DNA of 64,000 nucleotides from Octopus vulgaris (Eukaryota): the NCBI GenBank assembly GCA_951406725.2, contig OX597831.1:30194001-30258000 (forward strand), in the 5' to 3' direction. Position 1 is the first letter of the stretch. The number at the start of each line of letters is the position of its first letter. This document shows positions 26,560 to 39,750 of this stretch, in pieces. The notes under the pieces are model-generated. The model saw only the letters and a program-made list of their open reading frames with translations, was not told the DNA's origin and did no database searches. A program made the position numbers and the translations under genes.

Positions 26560-27826
26560 CATACATATATATTTTTTACTTCTTTCAGTCATTAGAACCT
26601 GGCCATTCGGGAACTCCTCGTTGAAGTGTTTTAGTTAAGCGAATCGACCCATGTACATCATTTTGAAGTTTGCTTCTTGTTATACCGTTCTCTTATGCCA
26701 GACCGCTAAGTTCCGGTTTAAGGAACTGTTAGAGCGTAAACAAACCGACAACTCCTGTCAAGCGGTAGCGGGAGAAAATAAAAGACACACACACACACAC
26801 TGATGACCGGATTCTTTCGGTTTCCATCTATCAAGTCTACTTAGAAGGCTTTGGTCAGCCCAGGGCTATACTAGGGCATCTGAGTAAGCGTCCACGCTGT
26901 GAGACTGAATCTGGAACCCTGTGGATGGTAAGCAGAGTTCTTATCATACGAGAGGGAGAGAGAGCGATGAACCATAATATCACTAACCGAAATCCAGTAA
27001 AGTATATCTATATATCTATATTTGTGAAAGTGCATGGCCCAGTGGTTAGGACGTCGCACTCACGATCGGCGATTGTAGGTTCGATTCCTGGATGAGCAGC
27101 GCATTGTGTTCTTGAGCAAAACACTTCATTTCACGTTGCTGCAGTCTACTCAGCAGCAAATGCGTAACTCTGCAATGGATTTACCTTCAATCAGGTGAAT
27201 GTTGGCCTGCTCATCTAGCCACCGGGTGGTATCATTCGAAACCTAAAACGATGCAAAGTGCAGTGTGACCAGCGATGTGTAACAACATTCAATAGTCTGG
27301 TCGACCACGTGGTCTATCTATATCGATATTTCTCTCTAGATGCATACACGTATACATACATTTACACATGCCTCCATAGATGTTTATGTAGATCTACATG
27401 TATGCAAATACATATATATAAATAACAAGCATAAAAATAATGATCGTTACAGTAACACAATTTCCTTGTCTCCCTTTGTTAATTGTGCGATGAAAGAGAC
27501 AATTGCAAGATTGGATTTCACAGACAAAAAACTGCAATGTATAAATTTAGCCCGCAGCGATATCTAAAATAAGCAGAGTTAAATTATTGGAGTCATTTCA
27601 ATTGGCTACAACCCGTTCTCTAATTCCAACATGGTTTTATGTATAATCAAAAGGAAATATTATTTCGTATTCATTATGTCGCGTAACTGAAACTATTTTG
27701 TTTAGATTCAGTTGTGTCCCGTTCTTGGCAACAATGTCACTTAAAACCTTCCAAAAGAATATTCTTTAAATGAAGCTTAGATAACTCAGCAAGGCGTCAA
27801 CCCAGAAAAAAAAGCTTTATTGTTAC

Positions 27827-27973
27827 CTCATCAAAGTCAAAAATTATTTCGTTCAAAACGCGTAGGCATTCTACTCCTTGGTTGTTGGCATCAAGTTCCA
27901 TATAGAATTCAGAGAAATTAGACACCGATGCAAAAAACACGCCCACTCGGTTGTATTGCTGACTGTATAATTC
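27827..27973 (-). CDS. rut: Adenylyl cyclase exon 9, C2a ([49 protein letters not shown])
   Basis: cttgcag| acceptor, GAG|gtaac donor; 147 nt; close match to the cyclase consensus. Confidence 0.97.
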
Positions 27974-28655
27974 CTGCAAGAAAGAATGGCAAAAACAAAA
28001 AAATGAAAGAATGTTAGATTTGATCAAACCATTTATCTTAGAAAATAACGATTGGCTGAATGAAAATAAAATAAATATAAAGATTAAACAATAAAATTAA
28101 CTGGTTTTATAGCGAAGAACACTGAAGGCGGATTCTAGATTCTAGATTCCAGATTCAATTGTTTGTGTTATGAAAGGAAACAGATGTGAAAGAAAACAAA
28201 AATAAATAAGAAAATAACCGGACAGTTCAATTCTATCAGAGGCTTATATCATATATCGGCGTTATGAATGGTATTCATGAATGTATCTTTCATATTGTAG
28301 GTCGGTCTTTTAGTTTGATTCAATTGATATTGCGAAAAGTTTGCATTCTTCAATGTATTGTCCGGTTGTCTTATGGAAGGAATCGTCGATAGCAGCATGG
28401 TTAAGTGCGGTTAACGATAAAGTTTGGCAATGCGAATAACTACTCAAAAAAAAAAACGTCCAAAAAACAAGAAAACTGTTAGAAGTAGAAGGTAGGCTGC
28501 TGGTTATGTGTGTGTTCTGTGTCTGCATGGTTTTACGTCTCTCTGTTTCCTTATCAACAATATGTATGTCTGACATATGTCTCACTGTGTGTGTGTATGT
28601 ATGGTATGTATATATATACATATACACAAATGTGTATATATATACATATACACAA

Positions 28656-28705
<50 letters not shown>

Positions 28706-28785
28706 ATGTATATATATATATGTGTATATATAGTATATATGTGTATATATAGTATATATGTGTGTGTGTGAATGTGTGTGTGTGT

Positions 28786-29036
28786 ACAGGGGTTGGACAC
28801 AATAATGGAAACACCTAGCATTATTGCATCATAATTTTGAAATATCTATAAAAAACCGTCAAAAGCTTCTTTATTTTTATGTTCTTTAATTTATTATTAG
28901 TATTGCTCAATATGTTTTGCTAAAATTGCTGTTTCTTTTCAGATATCATCAGAAAAAGTAAAGTAACAGATTTATCGGACTTTCGAAGAGGTCAAATTGT
29001 TGGTGCTCGTATGGCAGGCGCTAGCGTAACAAAAAC
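28786..29036 (+). mobile_element. Tc1-like transposon 5' remnant
   Basis: ta|caggggttggac TIR-like start; DLSDFRRGQIVGARMAGASVTKT transposase N-terminus, truncated at the fold-back element. Confidence 0.8.
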
Positions 29037-29252
29037 TTCAGTGTTATTTATTTTTTACATTAATCTTAATCTTATTTCGGCTAGAGTTCTTTCATCATAC
29101 AATAGAAATACAAAATGGCTGACGGTTAGTAAGGAGAGACACAAATAAGAAAGCAGAAAATAATGGACCACTGATGCGGTCACAGGAGTGTGACGAAAGA
29201 ACTCTGGCCGAAATAAGATTAAGATTAATGTAAAAAATAAATAACACTGAAG
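29036..29252. repeat. Fold-back element, ~65-bp inverted arms, with hammerhead-like core
   Basis: Arms 29036-29100 and 29188-29252 are reverse complements with about 3 mismatches; HHR-like motif at 29168-29207 (+). Confidence 0.8.
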
Positions 29253-30186
29253 CAAAATAACACCAAATATATAGTGCGTGTGTTTTGATTGGCTAAACTG
29301 GCAATATGACCATTCCGAAATATAACAATATCTGTTTCAACACACGACTTCACATAAAAAATCTTGCACAACAAATATTTAAACGTATATATATATATAT
29401 ATATACGTATATATATATATGTATGTATGTTTGTGTATGTATGTATGTATATGTATAAGTGTATATATATTTACTTGTGCATTTGCTTATTTGTGCGTGC
29501 GTGTTGTTTATGTGGGTACGAATTTGGTCATGTATGCATTCTGTGTGTCATTATCTTCACAGCAAATTTTCAATTAGCACGGCCATCTGCAACTAAACGA
29601 TTAAAACATTTTAGCTAACACTCTCAGTCAATGGAGAATGTATGCCATTCAAATCCTACTCCTTCGCCACCCCCAGCAAACAACAATAATGTATAATACA
29701 ATGAAATATAGGAATACAAAATAAAGAAGAAAAATAACCGAATCACTGCAAATTATTTAAAAAAAAATTCACGACTCAGTTTCCTTAAACTCTCCAGACA
29801 ATTTGCCGAAAGCGTTTCAATGGAAAAGCCACATTACAATTTTTCGATGTTTTACCGATATTTTCAATGTTTTTTAAATATATTTTAAAATTTTCAACTG
29901 TTGTCCTACAGATTGTTCAGTATCCATTAGAAATGTCAATCATTTCCTCCGACTTGTTTTCTAGAGGACGCATGCAGATCTAACGGATGTCTACGTAAGA
30001 CTGTTTCAGGATCCGTGATATATATGCAGCCTGAAGATCGGAATTGAGAAATATGGATCAGGGGCTCACATAGTTTCACCCTTCAAAAATTTTTTTACCT
30101 TACTTTACACTATTGAATAGGTTCTCTTTTTCCTTCTTGTTTAAATGCATTCTATGCTAACATGAAGCCACTACATGTTTGTGTGA

Positions 30187-30234
<48 letters not shown>

Positions 30235-30540
30235 GGGGATAAGTTCAAAAAGAACAATTCAAAATTTTTGAAGAGAGAAAAAAGTCATTTCTAATAGATT
30301 CATCATATTCATAAAAACAACCACAGCAAGTAGTACGAATATGAAAATAACAGTTGATAAATATCGTTATAGGTATGAATATACCATGAATAAGTATAAA
30401 AAATGGAGGCGAAAAAGATGTTGAATCAAAATTAGATTTAATACAAAATTGGATTCAATACATACGTACGTTTCAAAAGACAATACAAATATGTAAGCAA
30501 CAAATTATAATCATAGTAATTATAATCAAATATATATATT

Positions 30541-30601
<61 letters not shown>

Positions 30602-30669
30602 CATATGTGTGTGTGTGTGTATGAACATATGTATATATATTTATATATACGTATGTATATATATATATG

Positions 30670-30764
<95 letters not shown>

Positions 30765-31473
30765 GCATATATATGTATGCGTGTGTATGTGTCTGTAAGA
30801 AAAATTAGGATTGATAGAAGTTTATATTATTAATTCCCACATACATTTCACCAATATACTGTTTGATGCTTAATCACAATGGTTCACCAGGGAACACTTT
30901 AGTGAGAATTGCATCCAGAACATTTGGTTACTGAGAATTGAATCCGGAACATGCAAAGCATTGTTACAAAAGAACCACATTGGTGAAACGTACGTATGAG
31001 CAAATAATTGAAACTTGTGATTATTATAATTTCTTCCCGACTTGGTTTGTATAAGAGAAATAAACACTCCTAAGTGCAGTAGTTACTCAACCCACTATAG
31101 TGGAAGCAGATTTGGACGATGACAATCTACATAGAGCTCTAAATTTAACATTAGCATTTGTGCATTACTTGGACACGCAAGATGCACTCAGTGTGTGTGG
31201 GTGCGCGTGCACGCGTGTGTAGTGAGTTTTAAATGTTTGTATGTGAAGTTTTATAGAAATGTAATTAAACAATTCGATGATGGAGAACAAGCCGAAGCTC
31301 CGAATTACGGTCAACCTTTACTTTGTAAAAATTAAAGTGTATGTATTTGTGTGTTTGTGTATGGGTGTACGTGTGTATGTACATGTGTACGTGTGTACCT
31401 GTACTCACCATATGTGTATTTGTGTATGTGTGTACGTGTGTATGTACCTGTGTACGTGTGTACCTGTACTCAC

Positions 31474-31593
31474 CATATGTGTATTATTTTGGTGATCAAT
31501 AAAATGGACTGCTACGTGAGCCGGTAAAAGGTTACATAGTATTTGACGGTTGTTAGTTTGTAGTTCTGTCATTTCTATTTTCTCCTCCGTTGC
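31474..31593 (-). CDS. rut: Adenylyl cyclase exon 8 (ATEEKIEMTELQTNNRQILCNLLPAHVAVHFIDHQNNTHM)
   Basis: tttctag| acceptor, ATG|gtgagt donor; 120 nt; NLLPAHVA motif preceding C2a. Confidence 0.95.
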
Positions 31594-33252
31594 CTAGAAA
31601 AACATGGAAACAGACACAAGATATCAGTAATGATAACAAACAAATATAAAATTTTGTATTTTTAGCTAATGATTTAATCAATAACATTTTTGGTAGATAG
31701 GCAGAGATTATACTTCCGCTTGAGATTCTTAAACAATTGTGAAACGTTCGGTTTCACTATTCTTGTCGATGATAAATGTATTTTCGCAACCCCAAACTAT
31801 TATCAATATAATTCTTCACTATACTTTTCCGTTTTAATTTTTGAAGCACTATTTTCTTTTTATCTCTTAAATACCGTTTACGAAGCAGTTGCTGTCTAAG
31901 AGCTTTTGAATATTTTAAACGTTATTTTCACTTTCCCTTTGTTTCTGTCTATCTTTCTCTTTCTCTCCCACTCTTTCCATCTTTCTCTGTCTCTCTGTTA
32001 ACAAATATACGACTCTATCTAGCAAATCTAATCAGGAGCACTCGGCAGATATGACCAAAATACATGGTCCCCGAAGATACTAAAGCAAGTTTAAAACTAC
32101 CGAAGTTTGTGTCTCATGCTTGTTAATGAAAAAACTACACCATTAACAGCGAATAGTTAATATTTTTCACAGTAAATTTCGTTTAATTTTATACGATGAA
32201 ATATCCTAAATATTATCTTCAAATTTTCAGCACATAACCAGAAATTTTGGGGGAGGTGCAAGTCGATTACATCGACTGAAGTGCTCAGCTAGTACTTATT
32301 TTATCGACCCCGAAACGATGAAAGTCGAAGTTGATCTCGGTGGAATTTGAACTCTGAATGTAAAGACAAGATAAGCCGCTAAGCATTTTTTCAGGCGTGT
32401 TAATGATTCTGCCAGCTCACCGCCTTAAGTATCCTAAATATTAAGAGAATTTCAGTAATTAAACAAATGTTGACAACCCTCATACCGATTGCTAAGTTAC
32501 AATGCTACATCTGCCATTTTTTATATTCTTTTACACAAGGCAACCCGATTGAAATGCAGGGAGTAGGAGGTGAGACATATATTAAAAGTGGGGTATTAAT
32601 GTACGCCTGCACGTATTTCTGCATGAGAACTGCAACAAGTTGAATTGATATAAATTCTGCTTACTGAGACTAGTGTTAACGATTCATGCATTCCGTCAAT
32701 GACTCCTTCCATATTCACGACACGTAGCGTTTACTAGCAAAGAACACTTAGTTTTCAATATCTATAAAAATGCGCCATTAAATGTACAGTCTAGCTTGAA
32801 ATAAATACTCTGGAAACTATCCTCCATTTAATCATAAATATTAGGCATGTTAATGTAGAAGTTCCCTACATTGCAATCCTGTCAGGTATGAATAGTTACT
32901 ATGAAGAAGTTTCATTCATTTCAATAACCTATAAATGAGACAGAAGAGTGTAAAATCTCTGGCAGGGAACAGATCTTTCAATGAACGTTCATATCTAAGA
33001 GTGCCTATGTCCTCGAAATATTTAATTTAAAGAGTAACGGCGTCCTTAACATATTTAAAGAAATGCAAATATCTTTAAAATTGTTATTATGTACTTCAGA
33101 ATATTCTAATATAGGAAATAAACCATTCTGAAGCAAACTAATTATATAAATAATGATCACAATAGATATGACGGTTGTCTGACATAGGCTGCATTGTTGA
33201 GGTTAATCTTACACTAAGTGTAGAAAGTATCAACAATAAACACAATTACAAC

Positions 33253-33638
33253 TGGAAGCACTCCGTCGGTTACGACGACGAGGGTTCCGGTTGATCCGAA
33301 TCAACGGAACAGCCTGCTCGTGAAATTAATGTGTAAGTGGCTGAGCACTCCACAGACACGTGTACCCTTAATGTAGTTCTCGGGGATATTCAGCGTGACA
33401 CAGAGAGTGACAAGGCCGGCCCTTTGAAATACAGGTACAAGAGAGACAGGAAGTAAGAGTGAGAGAAAGTTGTGGTGAAAGAGTACAGCAGGGATCACCA
33501 CCATCCCCTGCTGGAGCCTCGTGGAGCTTTTTTAGGTGTTTTCGCTCAATAAACACTCACAACGCCCGGTCTGGGAATCGAAACCGCGATCCTACGACCG
33601 CGAGTCCGCTGCCCTAACCACTGGGCCATTGCGCCTCC
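33253..33638 (-). mobile_element. tRNA-derived SINE family C, young copy with 13-bp TSD
   Basis: Head ggaggcgcaatggcccagtggttagggcagc...ggtttcgattccc; TSD acacaattacaac at 33240-33252 and 33639-33651. Confidence 0.9.
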
Positions 33639-33692
33639 ACACAATTACAACATTTAAAAGACGAAGTGGGAAGAAAATATAAAAGTCGTTAC

Positions 33693-33813
33693 TTGAGTTT
33701 TCCAGAGAAAATCTAGTCTGTACGTCCATTCTTGCTTTCTGCCATGTACATAAAAAGTGATGATGAAGATAATAAGGGCAACTATGCCAACTACATCCGT
33801 CGGAATCACCGAA
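33693..33813 (-). CDS. rut: Adenylyl cyclase exon 7, TM12 and helical linker (SVIPTDVVGIVALIIFIITFYVHGRKQEWTYRLDFLWKTQ)
   Basis: tacatag| acceptor, CAA|gtaacg donor; 121 nt, phase 2 to 0; hallmark RLDFLW motif. Confidence 0.95.
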
Positions 33814-33982
33814 CTATGTAAAAAAAAGACAATTTCTTTTATTTGCCATCAAGGCGAAAGATAAAGGGTCAATACAAAGAGACATAAAATGATGGGGTTA
33901 ACATACGATGAAATGATAAAATAAGTAGATTAATGAAAAGGAGTAATTATATACGGTATACAACCAAGAGATGTATATATAA

Positions 33983-34373
33983 CTAGCAGTATCGCTCGGC
34001 GTTGCTCGGGTTTGTAAGGGAAATAACTATATAAGCATTTTTAGAGAGTTATAGCCAAAAATTAGCAAAAAAATGCATTAAAAATGGAAAAAAAATGATG
34101 GTAAATTTTTTTAAAAATCGTTGACTCATCGTAGACATTTTTAGAGAGTTACTTCCCTTATATAATAGCGAAAAAATGCATTAAAATGGAAAAAAAATGA
34201 TGGTAAATTATTTTTAAAATCGTAGACTCATCGTAGACGCGCGCTAATACCCAGAAGGGCTCGATATATAAGATACCCGGTTTTGGTTAAACTGCACCGC
34301 AAAATGTGGGAGTAGTTAGGAATCTAAATCGTAGGAGACAGACAGCACACAACCTCACTTTTATATATAAAGA
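33983..34373 (-). mobile_element. Non-autonomous Helitron
   Basis: Minus strand A|TC...CTAG|T termini, GC-rich subterminal hairpin (33995-34010), no TSD, internal ~100-bp tandem duplication. Confidence 0.75.
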
Positions 34374-35037
34374 TATTTAAAGGTTAAAAAAAATGATGGT
34401 GATGTGGTCATCCTGAAACAGGAGAAACTCTAGGGATAATCGAGGATCCTCACCGTCCGAGATCTCCCTGAACACCAAGGGCAAGTACCCCCTCCTATCC
34501 TCTTTCTCCGACTCACAGGTCTACCTCAGAGCGGTACCACCCACTGTTGCCGTTTTCGCAACTTTCACCCACTTTTCAATAAATTCACAGCAAATTTTAG
34601 GTTGGTTAAAAAGTTTGTGATATATTGGATTTCTAAAGATAATTTAACTGCTGTTACCATGGAGAAAAAAAAAAAATTTCTTTTATGATGAAAGGGGTAA
34701 AATCACCATATCTACCCATTCTTGCTCCCTAACGGCACTATCGGATCAGCAGATCGAGAGAAATTCAGTAGTGTCAGTGCCAAGAAGTGTTTAGGCATAA
34801 GCAAACTTTAGTTCGTTTGTGACAAACTGTAGCTTCTAAACGCAAAATAGCAACAAACGCTGTCTAGGGATCCGATAGAAGCATTACTGGGCAGATATGG
34901 TAGTTTCTATCCACGGAAACTGGAGTGAATTTGCCTTTAAAAGCTGAAATATATTACTAACACATTTTAAGTAACCTAAAGTTCGCTTGCGCCTAAACAC
35001 AGCTTGGTGCTGATACCGCTGAATGATGATGATCATG

Positions 35038-35038
35038 A

Positions 35039-35094
<56 letters not shown>

Positions 35095-35396
35095 GTACTA
35101 CTACTACCACACCACCACCACCACCACTGCTGCTGCTGCTGCTACTACTACTACTACTACTACTACTACTAATACTACTACTACAAACACTACTACCATC
35201 ACCACCACCACCACCACCACCGGTGGTGCTGCTGCTACTACTACTACTACTACCACCACTACTACTACTACTACTTCTACTACTACTACTACTAATACTA
35301 CTACTAATACTACTACTACAAACACTACTACCATCACCACCACCACCACCACCACCACCACCACCACCACCACCACCACCGGTGCTGCTGCTGCTG

Positions 35397-35456
<60 letters not shown>

Positions 35457-35465
35457 AAAATAATG

Positions 35466-35500
<35 letters not shown>
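35038..35500. repeat. Compound (CTA/CCA/CTG/TAA)n microsatellite
   Basis: Direct inspection; internally duplicated blocks. Confidence 0.95.
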
Positions 35501-35501
<1 letters not shown>

Positions 35502-35639
35502 TACCAGACGTAAGGATGGGCATGGAAAAGCGAAGTTGCATACTAGTTGATCCATCATGACCGTTTGATTTCTGGACCGTAAAGAAAGAAGACGAAAAAC
35601 ACGAAAAAATACAATCTATATGAGTGACGGTCCACTTAC

Positions 35640-35923
35640 TGATGCAAATAGTCAAACTGCTGGAAAAGAGGTCTATGCGTGTATTCCATTAGGACAATGC
35701 ACACCGTGGCCATTGCTAACATCATGAAAAGTTTGAGCAAGGCCGAGAGTCGCAGAAATATAGACACGCAAATGAAGCTAATGATACAGCTCATATATAT
35801 GTATTGTGGTAGTTCGCATCTCAGGTGACTATCTCCAGTGAAGCTTGTGTTGTCTTCACTCAGCTGGAAGGCAGGTAATTTCGATAGTGTGTAGTTTAGG
35901 ATCAAACTCGGTTGGCAGCAAAA
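35640..35923 (-). CDS. rut: Adenylyl cyclase exon 6, extracellular loop plus TM10-TM11 (FCCQPS...CELPQYIYMSCIISFICVSIFLRLSALLKLFMM...FDYLH)
   Basis: cttttccag| acceptor, CA|gtaagt donor; 284 nt; CxxPxY and FLRLxxxxK motifs of the AC M2 domain; N-glycosylation sequons NYT and NTS. Confidence 0.93.
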
Positions 35924-35990
35924 CTGGAAAAGAGAGACATAAAATAAAAATAGTTAAATACGTTCACAATTAGACACATCGGTAAGTAAA

Positions 35991-36111
<121 letters not shown>

Positions 36112-36116
36112 GCCTG

Positions 36117-36180
<64 letters not shown>

Positions 36181-36288
36181 ACACCTACATTGCTAGAAAT
36201 AAGAGCTAAACCGTTCTAATACTGTAGTAAACGCACATTAATGAAATCATATTCACTAACAGGGACCATAATCTTCCGAAAAGTGCCG

Positions 36289-36357
36289 ATCGAGAATTCT
36301 TAATACTGACGTCAGTTTCGGCAATATCTGTTGCCTCATCAGCTAAGACCGCTCGAT
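36289..36357 (-). ncRNA. Canonical extended type I hammerhead ribozyme motif, intronic, sense to the cyclase pre-mRNA
   Basis: Minus strand: AUCGAG cgg UCUUAG CUGAUGA GGCAA cagaua UUGCC GAAACUG acgu CAGUA/ UUAAGA auu CUCGAU. All core nucleotides and three stems present; predicted cleavage between 36304 and 36303. Confidence 0.85.
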
Positions 36358-37131
36358 TGTTCTGTATTACAGGTTTATATTTATATTTTCGTCATCCAAA
36401 TTATTGGATGGTTTAGCGATTCGCTAATGTGTATATATAAAATTAATATAAATAACAGTTTGCAATGTTTCATCAAAAAACAGAATTATAATTGTCACTG
36501 AATATATATATGCATGTGCATGTCTGTGTATGTATGTGTTTGTGTGTAGGTGTTTAACCGCACAGCGCTAGAAAACTATCTATAATAGAATAAACAATTC
36601 TAAACTGATATAGTCCCTCACTGATTATTGATCGAAATTTAAATCTTCACACATGACGTTCGCTGAGAAGTCATCTGATTTTCAACTGAGCCAGTTCATC
36701 AAATTTCCGTGGTAAAATTGCATGTTACTATTATTACATTATGTCAATGAAATATTTCAAATGTTACACCTGGTTGCATGTAATAAACATTGTTAGTGGA
36801 GAGAAGCTTTTCCTTGGTTATCCACATACTGAGAGAATAATAAGAGGAAGTTAAGGCTTCAACAGATAGGATTAAAGGAGATGAAATAGAGGAGAGTTAC
36901 TAAAGGGACAGAAGTAGGAGACTAAGAAATAGAGATATGAAAGCAAGTATAATCACATAATATGCTGAGGCTGAGAGTGTCCATTGTTAGGTCAATAGTA
37001 AAACGGGAAACGATAGACAAGAAAGCACGAGAGAGTTAAGAGATAGTGATAGATGAATAAATAGATAGATAGATATGTTTCTTTATTATCCACACAGGGC
37101 TGCACACAGACAGAACAAATTACAAGGTAGA

Positions 37132-37182
<51 letters not shown>

Positions 37183-37183
<1 letters not shown>

Positions 37184-37344
37184 GCGTAAGAGTGGCTGTG
37201 TGGTAAGTAGTTTGCTTACCAACCACGTGGTTCCGGGTTCAGCCCCACTGCGTGGCACCTTGGGCAAGTGTCTTCTACTATAGCCTCGGGCCGATCAAAG
37301 CCTTGTGAGTGGATTTGGTAGACAGAAACTGAAAGAAGCCCGTC

Positions 37345-37428
<84 letters not shown>

Positions 37429-37660
37429 ATATGTTTGTGTGTTTGTGTTTGTCACCCCAACATCACTTGACAACCGATGTTAGTGTGTTTATGTCCCCGT
37501 AACTTAGCGGTTCGGCAAGAGAGACCGATAGAATAAGTACTAGGCTTACAAAGAATAAGTTCTGGGGGCGATTTGCTCGACTAAAGGCGGTGCTCCAGCA
37601 TGGCCGCAATCAAATGACTGAAACAAGTAAAAGAGCAAAAAGAGTAAAAGAAGTAAAGAG
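37183..37660 (+). mobile_element. SINE family A
   Basis: Full-length copy, opposite orientation. Confidence 0.85.
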
Positions 37661-38084
37661 AGAAAGAGAAGGAGAGATATATAAATTAGAGGCTGGGTGG
37701 AGTGTGTGTGAAAGAGTGAGAGGAAGAGTGAGAAAGGGAATAAATTTCGTAGTAAATAATTAAGTATTGATTTAGAATTGCTACATGGAAATGAGCATGG
37801 AAAGATAAAATGTTGGAAATATCAAAGATTGTACCGTCATAAAGTAGAGTGAGGTGATAATATCTTTGAGTGGGTTAAGATTTAAAAGGAGAATAAAGAC
37901 ACAGTGGTGAAATATATCGATAAATATTCATGATTTCGTCTGATGGGAATGTTCGTGCTGACCTTGCCGGGAGCAAGGACAAATAGCGGGAGAATGGATT
38001 GGTCTGCGGATGAGTGACCAGCGAGAGTTATGGACTATGCTTTATAGAGTGAGAAGAGGATATAGGTGAAGAAGTATTGCTGCG

Positions 38085-38391
38085 TTGGACGACGACGACG
38101 ACGACGACGACGACGATGGTGATGATGGTGGTGGTGGTGTTGGTGGTGGTGATGGTGATGACGGGGGTGCTAGTGTAGACGATGAAGCGAACGACGACGG
38201 CGATGACTGATGAAGATAAATGCAATGATGATGATAATGAATACCATCATGATGATAATTATGATGATGATGATGATGATGACGATGATGACGATGATGA
38301 CGATGACGATGATTAATAATGATGATGATGCGAACGTCGACGACGATGGCTAATGATGATATGTGCAATGATGATGATTATGAATACCACC

Positions 38392-38431
<40 letters not shown>

Positions 38432-38623
38432 CGATGACAATGATAATAATGATGATGATCATGATTATGATGATGATGGTGGTGGTGGTGATGATGATGA
38501 CAGTGCTGCTAATGTCGATGATGATGCGAACGACGATGATGATGACTGATGATGATGATGATAAATGCAATGATGATGATAATGAATACCACCATGATGC
38601 TGTTGGTGATGATGATGTTGAAA

Positions 38624-38657
<34 letters not shown>

Positions 38658-38846
38658 CGACGACGACGATGACGACAACAACGAAGTTGGCGATGACGGT
38701 GATGGTGATGGTGATAATGATAATGATAAATATAATGATGATAAGAATGACCACGATAGCGATATTTATGGTATTGATAACGATGGGGACTACGACGACG
38801 ACGGCGATAATGATGATGGTGATGATGATGATGATGATGATGATGC

Positions 38847-38879
<33 letters not shown>

Positions 38880-38885
38880 CGAATG
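38085..38885. repeat. (GAT/GAC)n microsatellite field with recurring 40-bp motif
   Basis: tgcaatgatgatga..atgaatacca.catgatg recurs three times. Confidence 0.95.
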
Positions 38886-39254
38886 AATGAAATAGATACA
38901 AATATTTAACTTCCTGTTCTGAATTTTATATGGAGCTGAGGAATTGTTAAGCGTTCGGGGAATTAATCTAATGTATAAACGCGCTGGTGTGATGTTGCAA
39001 AGAGGAAGTGACTGGCTAAAAGGGAGATGGAAGGGGGGAAAAAAAGGGATAGAACGAAAGAAGAGAGAGAGAACAAAGAAAGAAGGGGGGGAGAGAAAGA
39101 GAGTAAAGAAGGAAGGGATCGAAAGGCGAAAGGAAGAAGAAGAAGTATAAGGGAAAGAGTGATTAAAATATATGATACATGATTGGCTTTCAGCGACATC
39201 TAATTTGTAATGTTGCGGAAGAATACTAATGGATGTCCATGCAAAGTAAATGCA

Positions 39255-39262
39255 TATATTTA

Positions 39263-39354
<92 letters not shown>

Positions 39355-39376
39355 TATATATATATATATATATATA

Positions 39377-39414
<38 letters not shown>

Positions 39415-39645
39415 GTATGCATGTATGTATGTATATGTATATATATATTCATATATATATTTATATATATATATATATGTATGTATGTATATGTATATAT
39501 ATGTTCATATATATATTTATATATGTTCATATATATATTTATATATATATATATTTATATATGTTCATATATATATTTATATATATATATATGTATATAT
39601 GTTCATATATATTTATATATATTTATATATATATATGTCCATATA

Positions 39646-39723
<78 letters not shown>

Positions 39724-39750
39724 TATATATACATATATACATATACATAG
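39255..39750. repeat. Long (TA)n-derived tract
   Basis: One of many TA/CA/GA tracts in the window. Confidence 0.95.

Noticed and set aside
30870-31067. ORF considered as the missing cyclase exon between exons 7 and 9
   Set aside because: No cyclase similarity in the frames checked; the true exon is 31474-31593.
33560-33638. tRNA gene (also the SINE heads at 49666, 54410, 48741, 61827)
   Set aside because: A/B boxes are present, but these are heads of multicopy SINEs that continue into a shared body, one with a TSD.
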